Below are positions 27,453 through 38,625 of a stretch of DNA of 64,000 bases, one piece after another. The notes under the pieces are model-generated. The model did not search any database. It was given only the letters and a program-made list of their open reading frames with translations, and was not told the origin of the DNA. The position numbers and the translations under genes are program-made. This DNA comes from an uncultured Gemmatimonadales bacterium. GTDB lineage: Bacteria; Gemmatimonadota; Gemmatimonadetes; Longimicrobiales; Longimicrobiaceae. The first letter of the stretch is position 1, and every line of letters begins with the position of its first letter. The stretch spans positions 5,056,001-5,120,000 of the forward strand of contig OY970303.1 of NCBI GenBank assembly GCA_963716255.1, in the 5' to 3' direction.

Positions 27453-28313
27453 ATGCAGAGCCGCCTGGACCTGGACCCCATCCGCGCCCGCTTCGACGAG
27501 CCTCTCTTCGTGCTGGGAGGGACGACGGTCACGGTGGCGTCGGTGGTGAGCTTCGCGGTCTTCGTCCTGGCGGCGTTCGGCGTCTCGTGGCTGCTGCGCC
27601 GCTCGCTGCACCGCGTGTACCGGCGGCGCGGGGTGGACGAGGGAGTGCAGCACGCCCTCGACCGCCTGCTGCACTACGCCGTGGTGGCGCTGGGCTCGTT
27701 CCTGGCGCTGGACAACCTGGGCGTCTCCGTCACCGCGCTGGCCGGGCTGGGCGCGGTGCTGGCGGTCGGCATCGGGTTCGGGCTGCAGAACATCGCCCAG
27801 AACTTCGTCAGCGGCCTCATCCTGCTGCTGGAGCGTCCGGTGAAGAAGGGCGACTTCGTGGAGGTGGGCGACGTCCGCGGGACCGTCCGCGACATCCGCG
27901 CGCGGGCGACGGTGGTCACCACGCTGGACAACGTGGACATCATCGTCCCCAACGGGCGCTTCATCACCGAGCCGGTCACCAACGCGACGTTCGGCGACCG
28001 GCGCGTGCGGGTCCGGGTGGAGGTGGGCGTGGCCTACGGCTCCGACACCGACCTCGTGCGCCGAACGCTGCTGGAGGTGGCGGAGGCGAGCCCCTCCGTG
28101 CTGCGCGACCCGCCGCCGCAGGTGGTGTTCCGCGCCTTCGGCGAGTCGTCGCTGGACTTCCAGCTCCTGGTATGGCTGGCGGACCCGCGCGACGAGCAGC
28201 CGGCCGCCAGCGAGCTGCGCTTCGCGTTGGAGCGTGCGCTCCGCGGGCACGGCATCGAGATTCCCTTCCCCCAGCGCGACCTGCACCTGCGCTCGGGGTG
28301 GAAGCCCTCCTGA
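27453..28313 (+). CDS. mscS: Small-conductance mechanosensitive channel
   Basis: GIGFGLQNIAQNFVSGLILLLERPVKKGDFV, IIVPN, FGESSLDF, GIEIPFPQRDLH. Confidence 0.95.
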   Translation: MQSRLDLDPIRARFDEPLFVLGGTTVTVASVVSFAVFVLAAFGVSWLLRRSLHRVYRRRGVDEGVQHALDRLLHYAVVALGSFLALDNLGVSVTALAGLGAVLAVGIGFGLQNIAQNFVSGLILLLERPVKKGDFVEVGDVRGTVRDIRARATVVTTLDNVDIIVPNGRFITEPVTNATFGDRRVRVRVEVGVAYGSDTDLVRRTLLEVAEASPSVLRDPPPQVVFRAFGESSLDFQLLVWLADPRDEQPAASELRFALERALRGHGIEIPFPQRDLHLRSGWKPS

Positions 28314-28339
28314 GAAGACCCGGCGACGGAAGCACCGCC

Positions 28340-28867
28340 ATGTTCTTCAGCTCGTGGTACGCTCTCCTCCGGGTCCTCGTGGTCGGCACGGCCGCGTACG
28401 CGGCGCTGGTGCTCATGCTCCGCGCGTCGGGGAAGCGGACGCTCGCCAAGATGAACGCCTTCGACCTAGTGGTGACCGTCGCCCTGGGCTCCACGCTCGC
28501 CACCGTGCTGCTGTCCAAGGACGTGGCCCTGGCCGAGGGCGTGCTCGCCTTCGCCACGCTGGTCGGGCTGCAGTTCGGCGTCGCCTGGCTGTCCGTGCGC
28601 TCGGAGAAGGTCCGGAGGGTGGTGAAGAGCGAGCCGGCGCTCCTCCTCTTCCGGGGGCGCTATCTGGACGAGGCGCTGCGCCGCGAGCGCGTCACCCGCG
28701 ACGAGGTTCGCGCGGCGCTGCGGGCCGCCGGGGTGGAGTCGCCGGACGAAGCGGACGCGGTGGTGCTGGAGACGGACGGCTCCTTCAGCGTGCTCCGGGA
28801 CCTGCCGGCGGAGGGCGGGAGCCTCCAAGGGGTGCGGGGTGTTCCGCCGGAGGCCGGCCGCGGCTAG
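28340..28867 (+). CDS. DUF421/YetF family membrane protein
   Basis: SGKRTLAKMNAFDLVVTVALGS, VKSEPALL, VVLETDGSFSV. Confidence 0.92.
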   Translation: MFFSSWYALLRVLVVGTAAYAALVLMLRASGKRTLAKMNAFDLVVTVALGSTLATVLLSKDVALAEGVLAFATLVGLQFGVAWLSVRSEKVRRVVKSEPALLLFRGRYLDEALRRERVTRDEVRAALRAAGVESPDEADAVVLETDGSFSVLRDLPAEGGSLQGVRGVPPEAGRG

Positions 28868-28903
28868 CTTGGCCCGGAAGAGCCCACCCGCACCTCTCCT
28901 TCC

Positions 28904-30607
28904 ATGCCGAGATCCCGACACAGGCACAACCGGCGCGCGTACGAGCGGCGCGTCCACGCCGCCGCCCTGCGCGCGCTCGACCTCACCGCGGCAGATCGGC
29001 GCGGGGTCGTGGAGGCGATGTTCCATCGCCGCCGGCGCGACGCGGTGAGCTACTGGCTGCAGCTCCTCCTCTCCATGGCCATCGCCACCGTGGGGCTGGT
29101 GCTCGGCAGCACCGCGGTGGTGATCGGCGCCATGCTGATCGCACCGCTCATGGGTCCCATCGTGGAGCTGGGGATGGGGCTGGTGGTGGGCTCGCCCGTG
29201 CTCACCCTCCGCTCCTTCGGCCGCATGGCGGGGAGCGTGCTGGCCGTGGTCGGCGGGGCGGCGCTGCTCACCGTGCTCCTCCCCTTCCACGAGGTCACCT
29301 CCGAGGTCGCCTCCCGCACGGCGCCGACCGCCCTGGACCTGCTCCTGGCCGTGTTCGTGGCGGTGGCGGCGGCGTTCACCACGGCGCGTCCCGGCTCGGA
29401 GACCACCAGCGCGGCGGCGGGCACGGCCATCGGAATCGCGCTGGTGCCGCCCGTCTGCGTGATCGGCTTCGGTCTGGGCGTACGCGACGCGGGGATCGCG
29501 TGGGGCGCCACCCTGCTGTTCCTCACCAACCTGACGGCGATCCTGCTGGTCTCGGTGCTGTTCTTCTGGGTCCTGGGCTTCGAGCGGGTGGACGAGAAGG
29601 GCTGGGAGGCGGCGGCGCTGGCGCAGTCGCGTCCGGGAGGCTTCCTGCGCCGCGCGGTGGAGGCCGTGCGGGCCGTCTTCGGCTCGCGCTACGGGAGGGC
29701 GGTCCGGGTGGGGATGCCGCTGCTGCTGGCGGCCGCGGTGTTCGTGCCGCTGAGCCGGGCGCTCGAGCAGGTCGCCTGGGAGGTCCGCACCCGCTCCGCG
29801 GTGGCGCGGATCATGGACCGGGCGCTGGAGTCCCGGCGGGCCGTGCAGTCCCAGGTCTCCGTCGCGCCGGGGGCGATCTCGACTCAGCTCTACCTGGTGG
29901 GCTCGGCGGAAGAGGCCGCCACGCTGGAGCGCGAGCTTGTGACCCGCGTCGCCGCGGCGACCGGGGTGGTTCCCACCGTCCGGGTGGTGGCGGTGCCGGA
30001 CGCGGATGCGCTCCGGCAGGCGGCCGGGACGCCGGAGGCCGCGCCCGCGCCGCGGGGGTTCGACCCCGACGAGCTCCGCCAGCAGCTGGGGACGGCGGTG
30101 CGGGGCACGTGGCCGGAAGAGCGGCTCGGTCCGCTCGTCGGCTGGAGTCTGGAGGTGCCGGATTCCGGGGCGCCGCGGGTGCGGATCGAGCACCTCGGCG
30201 AGCCGGTGGGGGCCGCCGCCGAGGCGCTGCTGGGCCGCGGCGTCTCCGAGCGCATCGGGGCGGGCGTGAGCGTCGGCACGCGCGCGTATCCGCGCGCACC
30301 CGTCACGGCGGCGCTCGAACAAGGGGAGGAGTGGCTTTCCGCGTACCTGGGCGCGGTGGAGGCGGCGCGCGGCACGGACCGCCTGTACGTCTGCGCGGGG
30401 GTGCCGGACCGGCCCTCGCTCGCCGCCGACTCGTCGCTGGCGCGGGTCTCCGACCGGGCGGGCGCGGCGGCGCAGTCTGTCGCGGGGGGACGCGTCGCGG
30501 TGGACTCCACGGGCGCGCTCTGGAGCGTCCGCTACTCCCAACGCCCGTGCGTCCGCCCCGACAGCGTGCCCGCGCCGGCCGCCGCGCAGTCCACCGCGGC
30601 GGGATGA
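28904..30607 (+). CDS. DUF389-domain membrane protein, third paralog (opposite orientation)
   Basis: Colinear and highly similar to 12882-14618 and 50347-52077. Confidence 0.9.
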   Translation: MPRSRHRHNRRAYERRVHAAALRALDLTAADRRGVVEAMFHRRRRDAVSYWLQLLLSMAIATVGLVLGSTAVVIGAMLIAPLMGPIVELGMGLVVGSPVLTLRSFGRMAGSVLAVVGGAALLTVLLPFHEVTSEVASRTAPTALDLLLAVFVAVAAAFTTARPGSETTSAAAGTAIGIALVPPVCVIGFGLGVRDAGIAWGATLLFLTNLTAILLVSVLFFWVLGFERVDEKGWEAAALAQSRPGGFLRRAVEAVRAVFGSRYGRAVRVGMPLLLAAAVFVPLSRALEQVAWEVRTRSAVARIMDRALESRRAVQSQVSVAPGAISTQLYLVGSAEEAATLERELVTRVAAATGVVPTVRVVAVPDADALRQAAGTPEAAPAPRGFDPDELRQQLGTAVRGTWPEERLGPLVGWSLEVPDSGAPRVRIEHLGEPVGAAAEALLGRGVSERIGAGVSVGTRAYPRAPVTAALEQGEEWLSAYLGAVEAARGTDRLYVCAGVPDRPSLAADSSLARVSDRAGAAAQSVAGGRVAVDSTGALWSVRYSQRPCVRPDSVPAPAAAQSTAAG

Positions 30608-30621
30608 CGGTCGGCCCGCCG

Positions 30622-31470
30622 ATGAGGCTCAGCTCGCGCCTGCTCGTCCCGCTCCTCCTGGTGGCCGCGGGAGTCATGGCGGTCTACGGGAGGTGGGCGC
30701 TGCGCCAGCGGCAGACGGTGCTGGCGGAGGAAGCGCGCCGCGAGACCCGGGCCTACGACACGGCCGTCGGGATCCGCCTGGAGCAGGCGTTCCGGGACCC
30801 GGACCTCCGCGACGCGCAGGCCATCGTCAACCGGATCAGCCGGGAGCGGCAGATCTACGGAGTCCTGGTCTACGGAGCGGACGGCAGGACCCTGTTCGCC
30901 TCCGATCCCCTGTCGGTGGGGACGACCGCCCCGCCCGCGCTGCTGGGTAGGGTGCTCGCCACCGGGCAGGTCACGGAGTTCGAACGGCGCATCGGGGACG
31001 AGCACCTGTACTCCGTGCTCCACCCCATCCCGAGCTCGTCGGGGCGGGTCGCCGCCGTCTTCGAGGTGGCCCAGCCACTGGCCTCGCTCCGCGCGGGAGA
31101 CGGCCCGCATCCGCCAGCAGTTCGTCCTCAACACGCTGACGCTGCTGCTGCTGAAGCGGGAGCCCCCGCCGGAGACGCGCGGGCGGAGCCTCCGGATCAT
31201 CGTGGAGCAGATCGGCCGGATCACGCTGGTCGTGCAGAACCTGCTCGACTTCGCGCGGCGCCGGGAGCCCCGGATCGAGCTCATCGACCTGGCCCGGGTG
31301 ATCGACGGCGTCGCGGAGGTCCTGGAGGGAGAGTTCGCCCGGAACGGGGTGGAGGTGGCGCGGGAGGGGGCGCCCGCGGCGGAGATCGACGGCGATCCCC
31401 ACCTCCTCCACCAGGTCTTCACCAACCTGTTCATGAACGCCATGCAGGCGATGGAAGCGGTCGACGGCCT
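30622..31470 (+). pseudogene. HAMP histidine kinase pseudogene (paralog of 48857-50350)
   Basis: Same N-terminus; frameshift near 31095; deletion removes HAMP and H-box near 31150; truncated before the G-boxes. Confidence 0.85.
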
Positions 31471-31882
31471 CCTCCCGGGCGGGGGCGGCCTAGTGGCGAC
31501 GGTGGCGGGGCCGTACCGGATCACCAGCTCCCGGTCCGCCGAGAGGGGGACGGGGAGCAGGAGCACGGTATCCCGCCCGCCGCCGGTGGAGTCCGCCGCG
31601 GATGGGACGCCGCCCCGCACGGCGACCGGAGCGGGGAGGGGCGGAGAGGCAGTCACCACGCCGGGCGGCGACGGCCGAGCTGCACCCGCAGTCCGGCGCT
31701 GAAGAAGAAGTTGTGCGCCAGTGGGCGGGAGCGTCCCCGGCGTCCCCGGCGCGTCGACGGTATCGTACCGGCGGCGTAGTCGCGCGGCCGGCGTCAGGAG
31801 GCGCTTGGAGATCCCCAGCCTCAGCCCCGCGCCGAGAACGACCGACCGCCCACCCGGTATGCGCTCTCCATTTCGCGTGGCG

Positions 31883-32434
31883 TCACCTGGGGGCGCGGGG
31901 CGGGGAGCCCGGCGCGGCGGGGATCAGCGCGCCCATCCGCAGTGCGAGGTCGAGCAGCTGCTGGCGCTGGGTCTGGAGGTCGGCCGCGACTGTGAGGTCG
32001 GTGGCGCGGATCCGCTGCTCCACGGCCCGCAGCGCCGGCACGTCGATCCCGGGGGCCGGGGCGGAGATCGATGCCAGCTCCGCCCCGGCCGCGTCGACGT
32101 GCTGGTTGGCCGTACCAAAGTTGCGGCGGTCCAGCTCCATGGCCGCGCGGAAGAGCGACCCGCGTGCTTCGAGGAGCCGAGCGCGAGCCTGCGCCGCCGC
32201 CAGCTTCTCGCGGTCCTGCTCGCGCGCTTCCTGTAGTGAGACGATCCGCTCCTCTAGCGGCACGCGCTCGGCGGCAGCCCGCTCGCCCGCCTGCCAGCGG
32301 CCGGCGAGGTACAGCCCGCCACCCACCGCCAGCGCCAGGAGCAGCAGGAGGAGCCTGCGGACCAGCGGATGCCGCGCGCCGGCAGCCAGGATCTCCTGCG
32401 GCAGTCGAGCGGCCTTGGAGCTGTTAGTGCTCAC
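31883..32434 (-). CDS. Hypothetical single-TM coiled-coil protein
   Basis: GGAGG RBS, GTG start, hydrophobic LLLLLLALAVGGGLYL followed by helical heptads. Confidence 0.65.
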   Translation of the reverse strand: MSTNSSKAARLPQEILAAGARHPLVRRLLLLLLALAVGGGLYLAGRWQAGERAAAERVPLEERIVSLQEAREQDREKLAAAQARARLLEARGSLFRAAMELDRRNFGTANQHVDAAGAELASISAPAPGIDVPALRAVEQRIRATDLTVAADLQTQRQQLLDLALRMGALIPAAPGSPPRAPR

Positions 32435-32753
32435 GGTTGCCTCCGGGTTCGGTTGGGAGCCGGCCAGGCGAGGGGATTTCCCTCGCCGCTTGCCGACTCA
32501 CCCTGACTCAATGTGCGGCGTGTGAGACGAGGCGGTGTCAGGAAGTTCTATAGACGCTTGCCGGCGGGGCCGGATGGCTGGGGACGCGAGGCCGCGAAAC
32601 GTCGAGTTCTCGACCGGACTGGATCAGCTACTCCGCCCGCGGCCCGAGGCGCCCACCCGTGGTCGTGACGGGGACCCGGTCCACGTGGCCCGCGTCGGCG
32701 CTCCCCGACCGAAGAAGACGCCGCAGCGCGGGAAGGCCCTCGGATTTGCCGCG

Positions 32754-32900
32754 CTAGGCGTCCGTCGGGGCGAGCAGGGTGCTGCTGACGCTGAGCAGCG
32801 GAGGCAGGGAGAGCACCACGTAGAACGATAGTGCGGCGGCCATCCTCGGGCAATCGTCGTCGAGGAACTCCCGGGCCGTCTCCCACAGGAGAGCGGGGGC
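32754..32900 (-). pseudogene. 5' remnant of a YihY/BrkB gene
   Basis: LLWETAREFLDDDCPRMAAALSFYVVLSLPPLL followed by an early stop. Confidence 0.7.
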
Positions 32901-32959
32901 GGTGTGGCGGCCCCGGATCATCCGATCGGGCGGGCCCGCCGGCGGTTCCACTCCTTGTC

Positions 32960-33430
32960 CAGCTCCCTCCCAGGACCACCAGCGTCCCCACTAGGCAGGA
33001 TCAGCCCCCAGTGGCGCGGGGAGAGAGGCTGCGTCTTGATGGCGCCCTGCCGCCAGCGTAGGTGCAGCACCGTCCAGCGGGCCAGAGCCGCGGCGGCCAC
33101 GCTGGCGAAGAGGAACGGGTTCAACAGGAGCGGGATGTCGCGCACCGAGCGGCAGTTGAAGGCGTTGAAGAACTGGAAAACCACCATCTGCGTCAGCGCC
33201 GTGGTCCGCGCGAGGTCCAAGTCGCCGGTGGCGCACCAAGTCCCCCAGAAAATCCCGAGAGTCCCCAGCGCCAGCACAACCCCGACGAGGCATGCCATCA
33301 AGCGCCGCTCCGGCTCGAGGGGGAGGAGATCTTGCTCCGGGCAGCTCTCCCGGGCGTCCGCGACGGAAACCCTGCCCTTGGTGGCGGCGGCGACCAGGGC
33401 GAGCTCGGTGGGATCGCCGAGTGAGCGCTC
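32960..33430 (-). pseudogene. Cation-transporting P-type ATPase remnant with a large internal deletion
   Basis: GDPTELAL and LPLEPERRLM (N-domain) joined directly to C-terminal TM motifs ARTTALTQMVVFQFFNAFNCRS...NPFL. Confidence 0.78.
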
Positions 33431-33847
33431 CTCTTCCAGCGCGTCCGGAGCCGCTGGGGCGCGCCGCGGAGGCCGGCGCGTGCCTCTTCAAGCTGAAGAG
33501 GGAGCGCTTGCGGACGGAGAAGACCGAGAGTGTTCCCGCCGCAGAAGCGCTCACCGCGCTGGCTCGGACGGCGGATCGACGCCGCAGCGATGTGCTCGCG
33601 GAGCTGGACGGTACGCTCCTGCGGACCTTCGCGAAGCGGGCTGCCTTCGAGCGGCGCAGCGGTGGAGCGGGCTCGGGCGCAAGCCGAGGACGCCTGAGCC
33701 ACAAAGCCCGCGTGTGGATGCAGGCGGTGCTGCGCCACCTGCGCTTGGCGCGCGCGGACTTCGTGGTTCGGTGGAGAGCGTAGTCGCCGCTCGCGGACGG
33801 CGGGATCTCGCGGCTCACCCTGCACGCCAACTAGCGGATCGGCTGCT

Positions 33848-34651
33848 TCACGGGGAGTTGGGCGAGCCCGATGGCGGCAGCCGGACCTCCACCGGTGGAT
33901 GGGTCTCCCCTTCCTTCAGCCACGGCGGCGGCGCGCCGAAGTCGTACCGGCCGAGAATCCAGAGCGGGGTGCCAGGCTCCCTCAGCTCCCAGCCCCGCTC
34001 GTCCACCCGCCACCCCTCGCCCCAGCCGTAGATCCACCGGGCATCCCGCTCCAGCAGCCGCACGCAGGCATGGCTCGCCGGGTGCCCAGGCAGGGCGTAC
34101 TGGTGCAGCGCGAGCCCGCGCGTGTTGTGGAAGTTGAAGTACCACTTCATGTACCAGTCGGGATCGATGGTGCTGTGCCGGCCGCGGGACCTCCAGTTGA
34201 GGTGGAAGGCGCCACCCGGGGTCGGGTGCGCCTCGCGTCCGCTACTCACTGGTCCCCAGCGCACCAGGCGCCCGTTCTCGTAGGCGCCGAACACCTGCAG
34301 GGGCTGGTGCACGATCAGCGCCTTCGGGTACCCGGCCAGCTCACCGACCTCTCGCGGGAAGGGGCTGTACTCCAGCTCGTCGGCCTCCCAGCGGTCGGGA
34401 ACGATCAGACGGTCGAGTCGCGGGAGGTGACCCCGGTCCGCCCGGTTGAGCTTCTCCAGGAGCGCGACCTGCGACGCCGTGAACCTTCCCGCCAGGTCTG
34501 CCGGGGCCGGCTCCACGTGGTAGGAGATCCACGACTCCGGAAGCGCCTGCGCGAGGCCGGTCGTGGTGGAGGCCCGGAGGAGCGCGGTGAAGAGGCCGCC
34601 GGCCACGACGAGGAATCTGCTGAGTCGGTACATTCGGGGAGCGAGGATCAT
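33848..34651 (-). CDS. L,D-transpeptidase (YkuD family)
   Basis: GPVSSGREAHPTP, LALHQYALPGHPASHACVRL with catalytic His/Cys; N-terminal signal. Confidence 0.9.
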   Translation of the reverse strand: MILAPRMYRLSRFLVVAGGLFTALLRASTTTGLAQALPESWISYHVEPAPADLAGRFTASQVALLEKLNRADRGHLPRLDRLIVPDRWEADELEYSPFPREVGELAGYPKALIVHQPLQVFGAYENGRLVRWGPVSSGREAHPTPGGAFHLNWRSRGRHSTIDPDWYMKWYFNFHNTRGLALHQYALPGHPASHACVRLLERDARWIYGWGEGWRVDERGWELREPGTPLWILGRYDFGAPPPWLKEGETHPPVEVRLPPSGSPNSP

Positions 34652-35481
34652 AGCGGAGCGCGTCCGGGAAGTAGTGTGGGGCTTCGGTTACCCCGTCAGG
34701 TAGTTCGCATCTGCTGGTTGAGGAGTTCCGTGTCCCCGCGGTGGCAGAGCTCGGTCACCTCCGTCATCACCGCAGCGGCACCCGCCGCCACCCCCGAAGC
34801 GCGCGGCTTCGCTCACCTCCAGTCCCCGCGCGAGCCTCAGCACGATCCCGGCCACCGTGCTGTCGCCCGCCCCACCTTTCTGTGGATTGGCACCGTGGGG
34901 GTGCGGAGGTGCTCGGTCCCTCTGCCGTGAAGCAGGGCGCCACCCACGCCGAGCGAGACCAGGAGGACACTGCAGCACCCCTGCCCGTTGAAGCCGCGCC
35001 CCACCTCGTCTATCTCCTGCTCGGAGGTCGTTTCCCTGCCGACGAGCTGCTGGAACTTGGCCAGGTTCGGGTCCGGCAGCCGTTCCCGCAGCCGGGAGAG
35101 CTCCCCCCGGACCGCTCGCCGCTCCGCCCGCAGGGGGGCGACCACTCCGTACGCTTCGCCGGTCGCCAGGCGCGCGGGCAGCCGGCCGGACAGCTCCACC
35201 TCGCGCGCCGTCAGCTCGCCGATCGTCCGATTAGACTCGCGCGAGCGTACGCGCCGGGGTCTCTGTATCGTCCGGAGACATGGGTGACCCGGCGGGCGAG
35301 AGGCCGCCGCGGCTACGGGTGTCGGAGTCGAGCAGTGGTCCGGTGGTCGACGGATCCCTCTCTTGCAGGATGGCGAGCCGCCAGGGGCGCGTGGACTGGA
35401 GATTCCTTGATTCCCTGTGGGGAAGGGTCTGATTCGCGGCCCGCCCGGCCCGGGCTTTCGGACGCCCCCCGAGAGCCCCGG

Positions 35482-37893
35482 TCACTCCGCCGGCCACGCG
35501 CGCCATGGCCGAAAGGGGCGCGGCGGAGTCCGCAGCACACCCACGGCTGGTTCAAGCAGTGCACACCCAGCAGCCGCGACACCCGGCCGAGTCGCCGGCC
35601 CATCGTCGCCGATCTCGACTTCTTCCAGGGTCTGCACCTCCCGGAAGAGCGCTCCGTAGTGTGCCGCGACAGCCGAGTCCGCGAAAAGCCGGAGGGAGGG
35701 ACCGAAGTAAAGGCGCATGGCCGCCTCCCGGCGCGCGCGGGCACCGAGGTGCCTCTCGACCTGGGAGAGGGCGATCCCGCGCGCGTTCGCCCCGGCGGCG
35801 AGGCCGACCAGGCGGCGCCGCGCCGTGTCGAGGTACGGGGCGAGAAGCGCCGAGCCCGCCCGGCAGCTCCATTCATCGACAACCCCCAGGGCCGCCGCCC
35901 GACGCCGCTCTACGTCCGCGAAGTCGTACACGGGAAGGCGGGTGTTCTCGGCGACGGCGCCCGACGCGGCCTCTCCGGCGGCATCGATCTCGATCTGCGG
36001 CTCGGGCTCGTCCTGCGGGCCGAGCACCAGGCCGACCAGGTCGTACGGGGCCAGGATTCGCCCGCGGCCGAGGTGCGATCCCACCCAGCGGTGCAGCTCG
36101 GCTGGCAGCGGTGCCGCCTCATCGAGGATCTCCAGCAGGGCGGCGGCCGTCGCCCCGCCGACCTCTGGAGCCGCCGCGGTCCCGTACCCCGTCAGGACGT
36201 GGTTCTGCATCGAGGAGATGTACCCGTTCGACCGCCGCTCACGGGCGAGCGCGACCATCACGAGCCAGTCCACGCGGCGTGCGAACACCTCGGCGGGCCG
36301 TTCCGCCGCATCCGGGCGCACTCCTCCCGACGCGGGTGCGGGATGCCCCGGCGGCCCGAGGGTGAGACGCTGCACCACCCGGGCGAAGGGCTTCCCGTGC
36401 CGGGTCGCGTAGTCCGTCGCATAGGTGCCGCCTACGCCGAAGCGGCGCCGCGCCAGCTGCAGGTCAAGGTCGTGGGCCAGCTCGTGGGCCAGGGAGCCCG
36501 CAGCGGTGGTCGGCGGGAGGTACAGGATCCGCGGTCCGGGCTGGTGGAACGCCAGCGTTTTGGGCGATGGCCGACCCTCCTCCGTCACCCGGACGCGCAG
36601 TCCGTGGAAGTCCGCCAGCGGAACGACCCGGCGGAAGTCCAGGATCGCGCTCAGCAGCATGCGTCGCATGTACGGGCGCCACTCCCCCGGGATCCCGGGA
36701 TCGAAGGTGACGCTCACCCCGTTTCGGATCTCGAGCTCGGAGAGCGGCGGACCCGGCATTCCAGGGAACCAGACTTCCTCCTGCGCGAAGGACCGCAGCG
36801 CGACCGCCGCTCGCAACGCCACGGTGGCGGGAAGCAGCTTCGTAGCGGCGGTCCGCCACCAGACCGCGTGCTCGCTTGCGAAGCGTTCCTCGTCGAGGGC
36901 CCGGCTCAGGAAATCGAGCCGGGCTCGCCGTTCGGCTTCGGAGACCTCCCGCATCGCCAGGATGTGGTTCCGGTAGATCTGGGCGGCGACCACGGTCGCG
37001 GTCTGAGGCGGAGGATTCAGGGAGTCCGCAAGGACGCCGAGCCGCCGGGCGAGTGCGGGAGTCAGGGTGGGCCCGGCGCGATCCACGGAGGCGCGGCCTT
37101 CCCCGGCACGCAGCAGTCCGACCGCGCGGATCGCCCGGATGAGGATCGGCACCTGCTGCAGGGCGGCCTGCTCCGCTGGCGGCCCGAGGGAAGTCACGCG
37201 GGGGGCCTCGACCGCGAAGCGGCGTCCGGCACGCCAGGCAGGTACGAGTCGGTCCACAGCCACGCCGGCTGCTTCCGCCGCGGCGAACAGGCGTCGGACG
37301 TCCTGTCGGGCGAGCTCGCGGTCGCACAGCAGGGCGGCCACGCCTGCGGCCTTTCGGGGCGCATCCGCCGTGACGCTCCCCTCCGCCGCCGCGATCAGGT
37401 ACGCGAGGCGGATCGCCAGCTCCCCGATGCGTGGGTCGTCGGCACCCGTGACCGCCTCCTCGATGATGGCCAGGTGGTCGGCGCCCACGCTCCTCCCGGC
37501 CTGACCGAAGGTCGGGGAGAATCCGCTCAGCGCCGCCGCGTCGATCCGGTAGGCCTCGCCATCGAGGGTGCGTGCGAGAAGCGACCGGGAGAGCCGCTCC
37601 CGCGCCGACGGGTCGAGCCGCGGGTCGTGGAGCGCGAGGTCGATCAGCCGGAAGGGACTCCCCAGGCCCAGGCGCAGACGCTCCAGATAGCCGAGCGCGA
37701 TGACCTCCGCGGAGGTCATCGCGTGAACGCTGCGGCCGTTCTCGATGAGCGCCCGCGCGTATGTCCGGCCCTCTCGCAGCGACTGCCTGGAAGACGGCGC
37801 CAGCGAGGTGTCGTCGGCGCGATCACAAGCGCCCCCCAGCGTACAGAGCCACAGGGCGACAAGGCCGGCCAGCCGCCTGGATCGGTACACCAT
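35482..37893 (-). CDS. Large uncharacterised lipoprotein with HExxH motif, paralog A
   Basis: LGGAC lipobox, LAHELAHDLD, RPAEVFARR; colinear with 41682-43982. Confidence 0.8.
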   Translation of the reverse strand: MVYRSRRLAGLVALWLCTLGGACDRADDTSLAPSSRQSLREGRTYARALIENGRSVHAMTSAEVIALGYLERLRLGLGSPFRLIDLALHDPRLDPSARERLSRSLLARTLDGEAYRIDAAALSGFSPTFGQAGRSVGADHLAIIEEAVTGADDPRIGELAIRLAYLIAAAEGSVTADAPRKAAGVAALLCDRELARQDVRRLFAAAEAAGVAVDRLVPAWRAGRRFAVEAPRVTSLGPPAEQAALQQVPILIRAIRAVGLLRAGEGRASVDRAGPTLTPALARRLGVLADSLNPPPQTATVVAAQIYRNHILAMREVSEAERRARLDFLSRALDEERFASEHAVWWRTAATKLLPATVALRAAVALRSFAQEEVWFPGMPGPPLSELEIRNGVSVTFDPGIPGEWRPYMRRMLLSAILDFRRVVPLADFHGLRVRVTEEGRPSPKTLAFHQPGPRILYLPPTTAAGSLAHELAHDLDLQLARRRFGVGGTYATDYATRHGKPFARVVQRLTLGPPGHPAPASGGVRPDAAERPAEVFARRVDWLVMVALARERRSNGYISSMQNHVLTGYGTAAAPEVGGATAAALLEILDEAAPLPAELHRWVGSHLGRGRILAPYDLVGLVLGPQDEPEPQIEIDAAGEAASGAVAENTRLPVYDFADVERRRAAALGVVDEWSCRAGSALLAPYLDTARRRLVGLAAGANARGIALSQVERHLGARARREAAMRLYFGPSLRLFADSAVAAHYGALFREVQTLEEVEIGDDGPATRPGVAAAGCALLEPAVGVLRTPPRPFRPWRAWPAE

Positions 37894-38169
37894 CCGATGG
37901 GAAGGGGTGTCGGCGTGGAGCGAAGCGCGACCGTGGAAGTGAGCCGCCGCAGGCCGCGCCGAGGGGAGGTGAGCGAGTACACCCCTCCCCCTTCCCGTAA
38001 GATACCGGGGGCGGGCACGGCGGCAAGATTGGCGAAACGGAGTTACGACCCTCCGTCATCTCTCCCGCGCAGTCCTGACCGTCTCACGCCTCACGGTGCG
38101 TTCCGCACCCGCTGGGGAGGATTCGCAGGCCCTGCTCTTCAAGTCCACCAGCGTGGTCGGCGGTAGCGC

Positions 38170-38580
38170 AACGACCCGTTCACCGCGGCAGCATGCGTGG
38201 ACAGCCTCGGCGCGGCGCTCGCGCGGGTGGCGGAGCGGCCGGGCGCGCCCGGCGTGCACCGGGACGGGGAGGGCGCGGCGCGGGTGCTGGCGGACCCCGT
38301 GAGCTTCGAGCGCCTGGCCGAGGCCGCGTTCTTCCCCATCCGGCAGTACGCGGGCGGGAGCCAGGTGGTGCTCCTCCGCCTGCTGGACGCGCTGGCGCGC
38401 ATCGCCCGGCATGTGCGTGGAGAGGACCGCCGCGACACCGTCCGCGACCATGGCGCGCGCGTGCTCGCCACGGCCGAGCGGCACCTGGAGCACTCAGCCG
38501 ACCGCGCGGCGGTGGCGGAGCGGCACCGGGCCGTGGAGGAAGCGCTGCGTGGGAGCGCCGATCCCGCACACGGGAGATAG
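38170..38580 (+). pseudogene. 3' remnant of a DUF2254 gene (third copy)
   Basis: NDPFTAAACVDSLGAALARVAE... matches about 21596-22009 and 57384-57794. Confidence 0.85.
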
Positions 38581-38625
38581 GAAGCCCGGTACGGATGGAG
38601 ACCCGAGGAGAGTGGAGGTGGCCGC

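Noticed and set aside
27288..28286. N-terminal 333 aa of the 1214-aa ORF
   Set aside because: Antisense to mscS; the real start is the RBS-preceded ATG at 27287.
33430..33783. Helical plus-strand coding-like fragment
   Set aside because: No clear start and no recognisable motif; I cannot support a call.
34690..35480. Short ORFs between the L,D-transpeptidase and the HExxH protein
   Set aside because: No recognisable homology; probably decayed or intergenic DNA.
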